A DNA stretch of 64,000 nt from Lama glama. Its lineage: Eukaryota. This document shows, piece by piece, positions 12,960-25,330 of this stretch; within the stretch, counting starts at the first letter, position 1; each line of letters starts with the position of its first letter. A program made the translations under genes and the position numbers. The notes under the pieces were generated by a model. The model searched no databases and had not been told where the DNA came from. It worked only from the letters and a program-made list of their open reading frames with translations. The stretch lies in the NCBI GenBank assembly GCA_028534125.1, contig CM052817.1, positions 14,324,001-14,388,000 on the forward strand, given 5' to 3'.

Positions 12960-13250
12960 TTTCATTCAACTCAATTGCAACATTTGCTAATTGCCTACTC
13001 TATACCTCTAAGTTGAATACCTATAAGAAACAGATAATGAATGATTTTTGTCCACAGAGAGCTTGCAGCACATTCACTCATTCATTCCCCATACATTTAT
13101 TTAAGTACTTGCTTTGTTAAAGGTAATGTACTAGATACTCTGGGGGGTGGTTGGGGGCGGGTGGAAAAGAATGAGTGAAGGGCCATGTCTTGAAGAAACT
13201 CACAGTATCCTGGAGGAATACAGGACATAAGCAATTATAATAGAAAATAG
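12960..13250 (-). mobile_element. L2 3'-end fragments (two)
   Basis: ttcattca..catttgcta and cattcactcattcatt..catttatt..gtactagatact..gaaactcacagt. Confidence 0.55.
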
Positions 13251-13976
13251 AAAAACTATTTCCTAAGAACACAGAGAAAAATGAAAGAGAAAACAGATGG
13301 GCACACAGACCACTATATTATCATTCTTCCATGTGCAGAATCAGATACACATTTTGTACATATTTCCTGCTTCAAATATTTTTAAAGAAATAAAATACAT
13401 GGGTAGAATATAGAGATACGAAAAGCAAGTGAGTTGATAATTGTAGACAGGCAAAGAGCATAAGCACAACAAGTCTGCCTGTAAACTCCAAGTATACAGT
13501 TACTGTGTCCTTTTTTGAGTATTCCTTTCTTTTTCTATCATATATCCACACCATTCATCCGTGATTTCTATACTGCAGTCCAATGGAGCACAGGAATCGA
13601 AATATTCTTGCTAGCTGACATTCACCTTTTTTATCCTAACTGCCTTACCAAATCTGTTAATGGGGTGAAAGAAATCCAAGAATTGTTCATTTTACAAATT
13701 AACTCAGACAGTTTAGGAAAACCTCATTCCAAAACCAAAATGTTTTCCTTATCTTCACGAGGCTACATGTTTTGACAGGACACAGTTTACATAGTCTTTC
13801 TATTAAATAAAACATGGGAATGAAATTGATAGCCAACTACATCACTTGCCAGAGGATTGTATAAACTTGCCACGAAAAAAAAATTTCGAAAATATCACTG
13901 CATATTTTGAGTCAACCACGGTTTAAGATTTTAATCCAGGAAGTAATATCAACACAACAGGCGGGATGGTTAAGTC

Positions 13977-14052
13977 ACATACATACATATATACATACAT
14001 ACATACATACATACATACATACATACATACATTCATTCATTCATTCATTCAT
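13977..14052. repeat. Compound microsatellite (ACAT)n(TCAT)n
   Basis: Read directly from the sequence. Confidence 0.97.
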
Positions 14053-14146
14053 TTGACAATTCATTTGTTTGTTCCAGGCACTAACTCTATTTCCCTAGGA
14101 TGAGCATTGCAAGTGTTTCTCAGATCATAGCTTTATTATTTTAAGA

Positions 14147-14452
14147 CAGAGTTGACAAACTTTCCGTAAAGGATCAGAGAGGAAGTATGCCATGTTTGGC
14201 AGGTCATAGGATCTCTACTCACATCTTCAGACACAGCACAAACAAAGCCATAGACAATAAGTAAATTAATGACTAAGGCTACATTACAAATAACTATTTA
14301 CAGACATCGAAACTTGAATTTCATCTAATTTTTAAGTCATTGAATATTACTCTTCTTGTTTTTTCCAAGCATTTAAAAATATTAAAAAATATTCTTAGTA
14401 CACCAGCCCTACAAGAACAGATGGTCAGATTTTTCCCATTTGCCGACTGCAG
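14147..14452 (+). mobile_element. hAT-Charlie MITE, MER58B-like
   Basis: cagagttgacaaacttt..gtaaagg, gccatagacaataagtaa, ttgaatttcat..aaaaatattcttag, terminal tttgccgac. Confidence 0.75.
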
Positions 14453-15379
14453 TCCCAAGACGCAGTCATATTCCAAGACATTTCTTTTCTAAAAGCATAA
14501 GAAGAGATTTTTCAGAAGTGTTTCCTACGCTTTTTGCAATTGCTTGCATGATACAACAGGAAGTGATAGGATCTTGACACTTCTGAAAATAACAAAATTT
14601 ATTTTTTATGGCGACCTATATCAGTGGACTGAGGTGAGTTAACCCTTTCAATTCCACATACATATTGGCACAGGATTCACCAATTATAACGTAGAGTCGG
14701 AAATCCTTGCAAACAGACTCAGGTTCATCGACATTAAGTAGCCCAGGGGCTAGATGGTGCTTAGAGATAATTTTTCAAAATATTTGAGGAGTTCTTCTGC
14801 AACGTCCCCAATATAGTGTTTTCCATTTTCTAGCTTTAAGATAACATCTCTAACTTTGCAATGTCCCAGTACATGGCTTGGTTATACGTTCTGGTTCACA
14901 ACATATTTTCATTCTCAGTATCTGTTCAGAGATTCGTCGCCACTGTCGTGTTTCCCTCAAAAATAATTCTACAAAATGTGCTATAGTGCCTATACCTAGC
15001 TGCCTCTAAGTTTTTGTTTTGTTTCACTTTATTACTTCTGAAAAAGATTTGATGAGTTAACTAGCTTCTCTTTCAGAGACTTAATGCCATATAATAGAGA
15101 TGCTTCAATGTTACACTGATTCATTTTAATTTTCCTGTTTATACCCTTTCAGAACATTCATAAATCTATAGTTTCTTTTTAAGCTCTAATAGCCATTTCT
15201 ATTCTTGTCCATGACACTGGGATAAAATTTAAGATACTCTTTCCATGCACATAACCAACATTAATCTCCTAATCTGTAACATTAATTCCATTCTTACTGA
15301 ACATGTTCAGATTACAGAGAGGTGAAGTATATACATATAAAGACGAAGTGTATATATGCATAGAAACACTTCTCCCTCT

Positions 15380-15595
15380 CTCTCTGGGTTCAAATCCCAG
15401 CTCTACTTCTTCCTATCTCTTTGATCAAAGAGCAAGGCACCTCACCTCTCTATGCTTTAGCTTCTTCATTTGTAAAATGGAAATAAAATGGTACATACTT
15501 CCTAGGACTTTGAGAATGAAACGATTAATGCATGGAAGTTCTTAGAATGCTTCACAGTACAGTATGCATTTCGCTAAGGGCTCACTGTCATCATT
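15380..15595 (+). mobile_element. MIR SINE
   Basis: ctgggttcaaatcccagctctactt..cttcttcatttgtaaaatgg. Confidence 0.8.
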
Positions 15596-16399
15596 ATGCA
15601 CCAGCTACCTGTATCTGCATATGACTCTGATTTGCAGAATGGCCAAATCTCAAGGCATATTAGCCTGAGGATTTATTCGTTACCTCAAGAGGGAGGTTCA
15701 AGGATGTGGCTGGTTCTTTTTGGAGGCTCAATCAGTGGGGTCAGGGGCTCTCTGTTCTCAGTTTTCTATCCAGCTCCCTCATGAGCTGGCAACCCCAGAC
15801 CCACATCCCCCAGATCAATACCCAAGGAAAGCAACGGTCTTTTCCACCTACCCTGGCAGAAAGTAACCAAGGAAGACACCTATTGGCCCAGTAAGGGGCA
15901 TGGCATATGCCAACCCGATAGCTTAAGGGTAGAGGAGGCAAAGTGAGTCAGTTCCACCTATGTACTGACAACAAAGAAGAGGACAAGGGAAAGAGCCCCT
16001 GGGCGGACAGGAACCACAGATGACCACTGGAGTTCATACTCCCTTTCTATATGCTAGAGGTGAGTCAATATGGCTTCCTAGTCCACAGTGAAGGCCACTA
16101 AGTTTTCAGCTCTCCACTCTCTCTGATGTTCAGATTAAACCTATGACGTACTTGACCCCTATTCTATAATGAATGCACCGTAACTAGCCCAGGTTAGCAA
16201 AATACAACAGGTGAAATACACTCAGTGCTTCACTCTTTATGTACCTTTATCCCTATGGTTATTTCACACCACAAAGACCAGACTCGTCCGGGAACTAGAT
16301 GCCCCAAGCATGTGTGGCAAAGCCATCCTATGACAGATGTACTTTTAACATGACACGGTGATGCCCCACAGTCCATGGGAGAGAGAACCAGATGGAGCC

Positions 16400-16610
16400 A
16401 GAACACATTTTCTTGTTTCAGCTCCACCACTTACTCAGGACAGCAGACAAGTCCCTTAGCCTCCCAGACATTGGAGTTCTGTATTTCTAAAACAGAGACT
16501 GAAGCATCCAATTAACCTACTACACAGAACTGTTGTGTGGATTAAATGACACATCATATGTAGAAGTGATGAGTAAATACAATGAAAATAATACACAATA
16601 TTATCACTAA
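16400..16610 (+). mobile_element. MIR SINE
   Basis: cagctccaccacttact..acaagtcccttagcctc..gttgtgtggattaaatga. Confidence 0.7.
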
Positions 16611-17334
16611 GAATTAAACTGTTCTTTGTTCCCTAATCCTTCTTTTAATACAGGAATGATTCCTTCCCTCAGTCTTAAATTTGTTCTCTGCTCTTAGAAT
16701 AGCTGTCACTTGACGCCTTGTTGTCACCTCATATACAACGTACTTCACCTTCTCTTATCTTTTCTGACACAGCCATGCATTCACTTTTTCTGCTGTTGAT
16801 CATTCTCATCTCCACTTTTTCTCTCTAAGATTTTTTTTTCTTTCCTTTGCCTCTCCTTTTTAATTGGCCATTATTCCTTCACTGGCAATAAAAGCCCATC
16901 TTCCTTTTTGGTCCATGGTGGAATCACTGCAGCATACTGGTTGGAATGTTCAGATTCTGACTTCACCTTGGCTGTTTTACTTGATTCTGTCTATTTACCA
17001 TCACAACAGAGGAGATGTCTTTCTGCGTTTTACTTCTGAGTTTGGCACCATTCTGAAGGTTTAACTTTGTGGTAAGTCTCACTCCAGATTCTTTAAAAAG
17101 CTGAACTGTCCCCAGTAGCTCTGGTATTTGAGTAGCCTCCCAAATTCCACTTACTGGATTAATTTCCTGTGCTTCTTGAAAAATGAAGCACTAGTCCTGC
17201 ATGAAAAGCCGATGGCGCCACCTGCCTTCAGTGCGAGGATTCGACACGTGTGGGTTTTCGGAAGACTTGATCAGGCTGACATTGAAATCGGAAATAAGAG
17301 GCAGCAGCTCAAAGCCGGGAGAACACATTGGTAA

Positions 17335-17500
17335 GACAGCACTGCTGAGTTCACATTCTGGCTGCATCACTCACCAGCTGTGTGACCTCCAGCAAGTCAT
17401 TTAAATGTTCTGAAGGTCAGATTACTCTTTCATAAAAAGGACATATTAACACCTTTCTTGCAAGAATTTGTGAGGACAGAAAGTACTTGACAAGCAGAAT
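17335..17500 (+). mobile_element. MIR SINE
   Basis: cactcaccagctgtgtgacctccagcaagtcatttaa. Confidence 0.7.
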
Positions 17501-20009
17501 CTATCATCATCCTCATTATCATTTTTATTATGAAGAAACTCTCAAAAATGCTCTGAAGTATCCAGAAGGGCTGATTCTTCCAACAGAGAGGTTCCTGAAT
17601 ATTGTTGCAGGTAAACGCACTGTGCTGAATTTCAGAGGGCACCTACCCCATCAGCATCCTTATTGGACTCAATCCTGAGATTCCTTCTGGAATCAGATTG
17701 TGCCTAGGAAAACATTTCACTCTGGCCAGCAAGTATCTCAGAGTGATAAGAACACATACATGCTCTATAAATGAGGGATACCTGAGGAGACAATGCCATA
17801 AGAGAAAAAGGGCTACTCTGTGAAGCACGTATGTTTCCTTTTAAAAAAAAAATGGTGATTGAATAACTGATTGGCACTTGCTGATCCTTTATTAAGTTTT
17901 TACCAGCTGTTGAAATCATCCCTTCTGGGAGAAACAAAATAAAGAACAAGCTCAGGCTACCTGCCTGTCTCAATTCATTTACAATGAAAATATTCATTTC
18001 TAATGAATGGAATATTTCATGAAATAAAACACGCTAGATTCTGTTGTTCAGTCCTGGGTCTTTATTCTGCATGCTAACCCGCCCTATTCTCTTAGCTGTG
18101 CGAAAGAATGGGAAAGTGCTTGTGGCAATATCAATTATGCATATCTTGAGAAGGGGCGCTGTCAAGAAAGAACATGGAGGTGAACCGCATTGTTAGCACA
18201 TAATTTCTACTGTGTTTTTTTCTCTAATCTAACCACGTCTCTTTCCATTATTAGAGCACATCTTCAAAATGTGCCTGCAAATCAATGTGGACGTCAGAGA
18301 GGAAACATGGAAAGAAAACAATTATTGAAATTGTGCTTCATACAGTCTGATTGGCAGTAAAAATCAGCTTGATCAGTGTACACTCACACCACCCCAGCAG
18401 AAAAAAAAATCAATCAGAAATATTGATTACCATGTTATATTTTGCTGTCAGAGACAAGTTAATCACTATCACAGAGAGCAGTACCCATATAAAATAACAG
18501 CAGTGCTTACCTAATTTACATTCAATTTAGGTCATTAATACAATGATTTTAACAGTATAGAAAAAGACTATTAGATGGATGTGAAAACTTCCAAGAAGAT
18601 GGATGCTGCTCTTCTATAACCTTTAGGCAGAGAAAGCAAATTCGGTGTTACCAAAGTGCTGAATCAATCCCATATTATCACATTTATGACATGTGTGTGC
18701 TTGTGTGTGTGTGCTCTGGAAGGAGAGAGGTTACAATAAGACAAGCTTCCATGGTCACTACATAAACAAAATTCAGGCTGAGAGAGGAGAGGCAACCTGA
18801 CAAAAATGACAAAGCTCACTAGTGGCAGAAGTGGGTCTAGAACTCATGTATTATGAATCCTAATCCTGTATTTCTACACCACATTTAAAAAGAAAATTCA
18901 AGAGAAAGCAATGAAAACAGAGCCATTTTGTCAAACAAACAATCAAAACCTACAAACCTCAAATACCTTCAGAACCTAAATAAAATAATTAATTTAAAGG
19001 TATATTGGAAATTCTTATATTTGGCCACTGTCCAATGCAGCGCTCTAGGACTTATTTACAAAATAGTATTTCCCAGACTAACAATAAGAAATAGCAAAAT
19101 CCTTGGGCAGGGTCCTCTTACCCCAGCAACTCAGACAAACTATTGAAAAGTTTTCTTAATTGGTTAGTAATCTGGGGTGATATAGTGACCTTGTTGTAGA
19201 GCACATTTAATTTCAATTCTATGGTCTTTCTATTTTTTAATTTTAAAAATAATATAAAATAATATTGTTTCATTTCAGTTTGATCCAGATAATCCACACT
19301 GGGAGGGCCCTGTGATCCTGTGACCTCATCTAGAGTCTGAAACAGTGGCAAGGAGCCTTGAATGGGTGGGATTTGGGATCACTTTTGTGAGTGAGATGGA
19401 AACTCTTAGGTAGGGAGGCAAGTTTCTTTGTGTAGAAGACCAGTGATCATCCATTGATACAAAATTTGTACCTGAATACATTTTTCTTTTTCCTAATGAT
19501 GTCAATATATAAAGCAACAGACTTAGAAACTAAGAATCACAGTGCCTTGCTTGTCTATAAGGACAGCTAAATACGAAGACTGTGTGCTCTGGTACACAGT
19601 TCCCAAGAACTCTGTACTAGGTTCTAAACCCATAGACCATGTTGGACCCGCTCCTCCCCCCATGTCTCTCTTCCTCTTCTGTCAATCCTGGAACCCATCC
19701 CCACTGTGGGATCCAACCCTGTAATGTCTGAGGTTCTCCAGTACAGAGTCTGAGATATTTACACCTCAATTCTTTGGTTGTTTTCCGCTCAAGCATTCAG
19801 TATACTTTTTTTTTTTTTTGGTTTGTTTCCAATGCATAACGAAGAGTTTCTTGGTCTATGCTCAACTCCATTCCATGAAAACTAAATACAAAGAAGTCTG
19901 CGTGAGCCTCAAAAATGCTTCTATGTTTCTCAGTAAGACTTCTTTAACTTTCGTGTAAGACAATATGTGGTTTACAAAGTGTTTAAGCCTTTTTAAAAAC
20001 GACCACTCT

Positions 20010-20280
20010 AGGTCTGTGGTTCATCCCTGTTACATGGGAAAGATAATGGTCTCTACGCCCCAAGGTTGGCAGCGTGGAGAGTTCATGGTGATGTCCTGAG
20101 CATAGAAGGTGCTCAATGTATGTTAGCTGTCATTATTACAATAATCTGCAAAGTAGAGATTATAAATTTTATAGACATTATTACAGATTATAGAGAAAAC
20201 TGAGCCTTGGTGAGGTTTAAATAACTTGCTGTAAGACACAAAATAGACTGAATCCAGAGCTTTAAGACTGAACTAACTGA
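20010..20280. mobile_element. Two MIR fragments in opposite orientation
   Basis: + strand catagaaggtgctcaatgtatgttagctg; - strand tatagagaaaactgag..gaggtttaaataacttgc. Confidence 0.55.
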
Positions 20281-20639
20281 GCTCAGTTCTGGTTGTGTGT
20301 CTGTCATTTTACATTTTATAAAGTATACTGAGGAAAACAGAGGCCAAGTGTTAACAAAAGAGCACCTACTTTTACATTCACCATTATTTGCTATTCCCTA
20401 CATATTATATCATCATAATTACATACTACTTGTAGTATGTTTTATACACATGATTTCTTATATCTATTTATAACCCATTATAGCCTATTATTTATACACT
20501 ATTTATATTACATTGTATTTATGTAATATTCAGTATGTAATGATGGCACTTTATGATTAAATAGAAGTATTATGCTTTTTATAAATAATCATTCTCCTCC
20601 TCCTTACCTTCAGGAGTTAGGGAGGAAATGCTACCAGGA

Positions 20640-21030
20640 ACTCATTCCTTAATCTTTTTAGTAAATATACATTAAACATCATTAGACAATGACATACAGG
20701 CAAAGATTCACAATCGACAAAAAAATATATAAAAATATGTATGAAAGGTCCCTGCCTTCTGAGAGTTGATTTTCTGGTGGGAAAGAAACATGTAGACAAT
20801 TCATTACAACCCAGTAAGGTCACTGGCGAGGTGCGTGGTGCTCTGCAGGGAAGGCTTCCATCTGGCTGAGGAAGACCAGGGAGTCGTCCCGGGAAGGTTC
20901 CAGGCTGTAACTCACTGGTGTATTTAGTCAGTGTTTACTGGGTCCATTGCAAGCCTTGACCTTGTTGAGGTCCTAGAGATAAGCACTGTGAACAAAGCAC
21001 AACCCCTGCCTTCCATCAGGCAACTCACAA
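20640..21030 (-). mobile_element. L2 fragments
   Basis: aggtccctgccttctgagagttga; gtgaacaaagcacaacccctgccttc..aactcacaatc. Confidence 0.55.
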
Positions 21031-22004
21031 TCCCAACAAACCCCCAAGGAAAAGCGCTGTTCATCTATTGAGTGAAGATTCTGGAAGAGCTGTAACTGCT
21101 TCCATCTTCTCAGTCTTTTCGCTCACTCACATTTAATTTAATCAGAAAGAGTCTCAATGGAGCTTCAATGGAGCAAAGCAACAAAATAACCTGGGAAACT
21201 TCATTTGTTAATTGGGTTGATTTAGGTCCATGTTTTTAACACAGGACACATAAGCTTAAATGCTCTCTAAGTAGAAAGAGTGTGCAACCCACGGAGACCA
21301 AGTCCCCTTTGAAGTCCTGCTTGGGAACCCAGCACTTTGGAGGCTGCTCAGAGCGAGTCACTTCAGTAATTCAGCATCACACCTGAAGCAATCAAGCTTC
21401 AACCAGGCTCTGCATGCAACTGATTTTTAGACTTTATTTTTCTTCATTTTTCTGTTTAGATCTTTAACTGGAATTCTGCACATTTTATCATATACCCCTG
21501 CCTTACCCCACTCAGAACGTGATTTCAAAATTCTTTACCTTTCTAGTTAAAATAACAAAGAGTCAGAATTTTCATACTGTAAGAATCTCCCACAAGAGCA
21601 AAAGCAAATCAGTATACCTTGGGTGATGAGAAACTTGGAGGAAGTTTTTTTTTAACATACAATCCCAAGTCCTTCCTTGAAGAACATCTCTGCTAACAGA
21701 GCTTTATTTTACTGTATTAGAAAAAAAGAAAATTCTTTCAAGAATGGTATTGAGATTGAACAAGTTTCTCTGGGTTCTCTGTATTCAAGGAAATTGAATC
21801 ACTTCGGTCCCCAGTCCCTTAAATTCTGACTTCTAATTGCCTAATTTGTAAAACAGTTCAGCTGCCTTGCCAGCCTCAAAGGGTTGCAGCAGAGGGTCCT
21901 GGAATATAAGGTAGCATCTGGAAAACTACAAGAAAAAATATAAATCATTATGATGTCACTTCAGATTTTAGGTCACTAAAATTTTGCTGCCTCCCACTTT
22001 GGAA

Positions 22005-22200
22005 GCAGTGAGATACAGTAGGGAAAACACTGGTCTGGGAATTATAAGATGCTAAAGAATTGAGTTTTTTACTTTGGGTTTATCACTAACTAGCTGACTG
22101 ACCTGAGAACAAATCACATGATGCTTTCCGAGTTTCATTCTCACTATTCATGAGCAGATCGGACTATATTATTTCCAAGTCCCTTGTCATTGATAAGAAT
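22005..22200 (+). mobile_element. MIR/MIR3 SINE
   Basis: gtagggaaaacactggtctggg..cactaactagctga..gacct..ggactatattatttccaagtccctt. Confidence 0.6.
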
Positions 22201-22255
22201 CAGTGTTTCAATAATCATCTGTTAATTTGATTAGCATTTGCTGAGCATTTAAAAT

Positions 22256-22755
22256 NNNNNNNNNNNNNNNNNNNNNNNNNNNNNNNNNNNNNNNNNNNNN
22301 NNNNNNNNNNNNNNNNNNNNNNNNNNNNNNNNNNNNNNNNNNNNNNNNNNNNNNNNNNNNNNNNNNNNNNNNNNNNNNNNNNNNNNNNNNNNNNNNNNNN
22401 NNNNNNNNNNNNNNNNNNNNNNNNNNNNNNNNNNNNNNNNNNNNNNNNNNNNNNNNNNNNNNNNNNNNNNNNNNNNNNNNNNNNNNNNNNNNNNNNNNNN
22501 NNNNNNNNNNNNNNNNNNNNNNNNNNNNNNNNNNNNNNNNNNNNNNNNNNNNNNNNNNNNNNNNNNNNNNNNNNNNNNNNNNNNNNNNNNNNNNNNNNNN
22601 NNNNNNNNNNNNNNNNNNNNNNNNNNNNNNNNNNNNNNNNNNNNNNNNNNNNNNNNNNNNNNNNNNNNNNNNNNNNNNNNNNNNNNNNNNNNNNNNNNNN
22701 NNNNNNNNNNNNNNNNNNNNNNNNNNNNNNNNNNNNNNNNNNNNNNNNNNNNNNN
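22256..22755. other. Assembly gap, exactly 500 N
   Basis: N run of placeholder length. Confidence 1.
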
Positions 22756-22939
22756 TCAACACAGCATCAGTCACTGTGGATCCAGGGAGAAAAAGGTAGA
22801 AAAAGTTAACATCAAAATCTGGCCAAAGAAGCAAGACAACATTATGAATCAACCAGGCTATATGCACGTGGCAATATCTGAGAAGAGATACCAGTCTGTG
22901 GTATCAGTTGGACAAGACCGGCCATGAAGAAAAGGGGCC

Positions 22940-23060
22940 CGCGAGGTAAGAACTAGCTGTGCAGCCATAGGCAAGTCACAGAACCTCTCTGGACCTCCAT
23001 TTCTTCATCTAGAAGATGAAGAGTTTGGGGTCATGTAATCATCTCCATAGTCCTTTCAGT
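22940..23060 (+). mobile_element. MIR3/MIR fragment
   Basis: actagctgtg..ggcaagtcacagaacctctctggacctccatttcttcatct. Confidence 0.7.
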
Positions 23061-25019
23061 GGCATCTCACCTGGTCATTGGATGCTATTCTGCGCAAGGC
23101 CACGTGGAGGTCAAAGAACCCTGGGGCCCAGTTAAGGAAATACGTCCGGTGACCACAGAGCCTGGACCGTGCAGGACAGTCCCGAGTTATGCTGGTGTTC
23201 CTCAGTAACAATTAATAGCACCAACAGCACTCTCATCTCCCAGGTTCACTCCCTGAATGTTTCAGTTTGGACGACCACCTATAATCATCACCCTGGTAAT
23301 CAAACATCATACACACAAGCCGATAAGGCGGGATGGTGAAACAGGAAGTGTCATGGATGGAAGAGAATGTAAGTGCCTGAGGGCCTCAGGAGTGGAGGAA
23401 TTAATAACCCATTTGCTTCATGAAGGAGTCAGAACTGGATTTAAACCTAGAAGGTGCGACAGCAGAGGGGAGGGGTTTCAGCACAATATGTATACTCATG
23501 CTGAACTTCAAACTGCTTCCCAGGTCATCCTACATTTTAATTATAGAGCAGTGCGTGGACCCCTTTTGCCCTCAATGGCACATTTAACTCTATCATGCCC
23601 AAATCTTTATTGGCCTTACCCTCCTTCCAGGGTCTATGACCCCAGCTGCTTAAATGCCCCTCAATGAACAGGTCAAGAATGACAAAAGTACTGCTTATCC
23701 TGTGTGGATCCAGTAAATCTCTGCTTACTGGATTTCAAGAATCTTCTCTGGGCTCCACCTTTAGCACACCATTCTTTCTGCTTTACATTTTCACTTTGGG
23801 AAACATCAGTCATCTCCAATCTTTGCCTGAATTGATTTCTAAGCTGTATTTTGAGCAGTTGTGTTGAACCAGGATGTCTCTTTCGGAAACCGGGCTCTTC
23901 TTTCCCGCACTGGACAGCGCCGCTTACGTTATCTATCCCTGGACACTGAAGCTTGACCTCTCCAATGGCGAGCACAATATCTGTTCTACCTTACAGCTAT
24001 TCGTTATTTAAATGTTTATCTGCCTTGAGAGCCTGGACTATGTCTTCATTAATATTGAAACATCAAGGTCTTGTCTTGTATCTGACAGCGCCCAGTAAAT
24101 ACGGCTGAATTGACATGACTGTTGCTTTTAATTCCCTGTTCTAACATTCACCCACTATCAACTCTTATTTTTGTCTCTGAATAGAGATAATGCATACTTC
24201 CACAATTTCAAAGGTACTTTAAACTTTGTCTTTATGCAACAGACAGAAGATTCACTTCTCCAGGAAGCTCTACAGAGGACTAACAGTTTTTCAGTTTTCA
24301 GTATCAAGCTATCTCAAAATGGGAAGACTCACAGCTGTATTTCCCCTTTCCTGTTTTTCTAGCATCATGGTCACCGTTTCAGTCCCTGACTTTGCTTCTC
24401 TCATTCTTCTCTGCTGCCAGCAACTGTAGACTGACCTCCATTTGCTTTCCCCCCATCTGTTTTACAAAATCACTCTGCTTCTATTTTCATCTTTGCTTTC
24501 CAGCGTCTAAACCTCTGAAGCCGTGACCTTTCAAGCAAATATAGCAATGGTATCTGTGCATCTTCTGATTGAAAAATCAAAACTGAGCCCATACATGGTA
24601 TAATTATTCTGTGTGTGCAGGAGTGGTGTCTGCACTTGCGGAAGGCAGATAATTGGATTTCAGATTACTGATACAAACATGCACACTCCACCTGAGCCCT
24701 GGCAACTTTCTCCTCCTAGGGCCCCAGAGAGACTTGAAACTGCAGTTCTTCTGCCAACTCTTACCCTTACACAGCTGGCTTCTAGGTCCTGCCTGTCCTA
24801 GCATCTGAAAGTCTCCAACTCACCTCTTTATTCTTTCTCCAGAACCATCTTCACTGCTCCAATATGGGCCACCAGTATCATTCATCTAGCCATCTGGTCC
24901 TTACCTCCTTCCTGCCTCCAATCATGTCCTCTCCCCACCATCTCCCACGTAGTTACCTCAGTTTCCATAAAACCTTACTTGGGTTTTCCCTTCAAACATT
25001 CTCAACAAGGTTTCTGAGC

Positions 25020-25330
25020 CCAAATAATTTCCTTTAAAGATTAGTTACCAACATTGAAAAATCAGGAGATTCTCCACTAAAATGAGACTTCTGTCTTAAC
25101 AGGTCTGGCAACACTAGGCCATCTTACCCAAGGGGCCATAAGCCCACAGAGCTGAGTAGTGGCCGCCCCATTGGAAAGGACAGGAGCTGTCTTGTGTGCC
25201 ACAGTCTTCTCCACTCGCTACTGTTTTGATGTCACCAGAGGTGGGGCCATTTACTATGTGCTGATATATCACCGGAGATGCTTAACTCGTTTACACAGCC
25301 CGGCTGGTTCCTGGGGACAGTGGTCATCTG
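25020..25330. mobile_element. hAT-Charlie element, MER102-like
   Basis: aaaatcaggagatt..tctggcaacactaggcc..gagctgagtagtggccgcccc..gccacagtc..ccactcgctactgt. Confidence 0.7.

Noticed and set aside
15944..16150. Two TGAGTCA AP-1 sites plus a CRE-like TGACGTA
   Set aside because: Short motifs whose density is not clearly above chance.
17009..17077. Plus-strand exon candidate ending G|GTAAGT
   Set aside because: Stop codons in all three frames; no other support.
22208..22867. 219-aa ORF
   Set aside because: Artefact of translating through the 500-N gap.
23901..23922. REST/RE1-like GGACAGCGCC
   Set aside because: Only the right half-site matches; the left half TTCAGCACC is absent.
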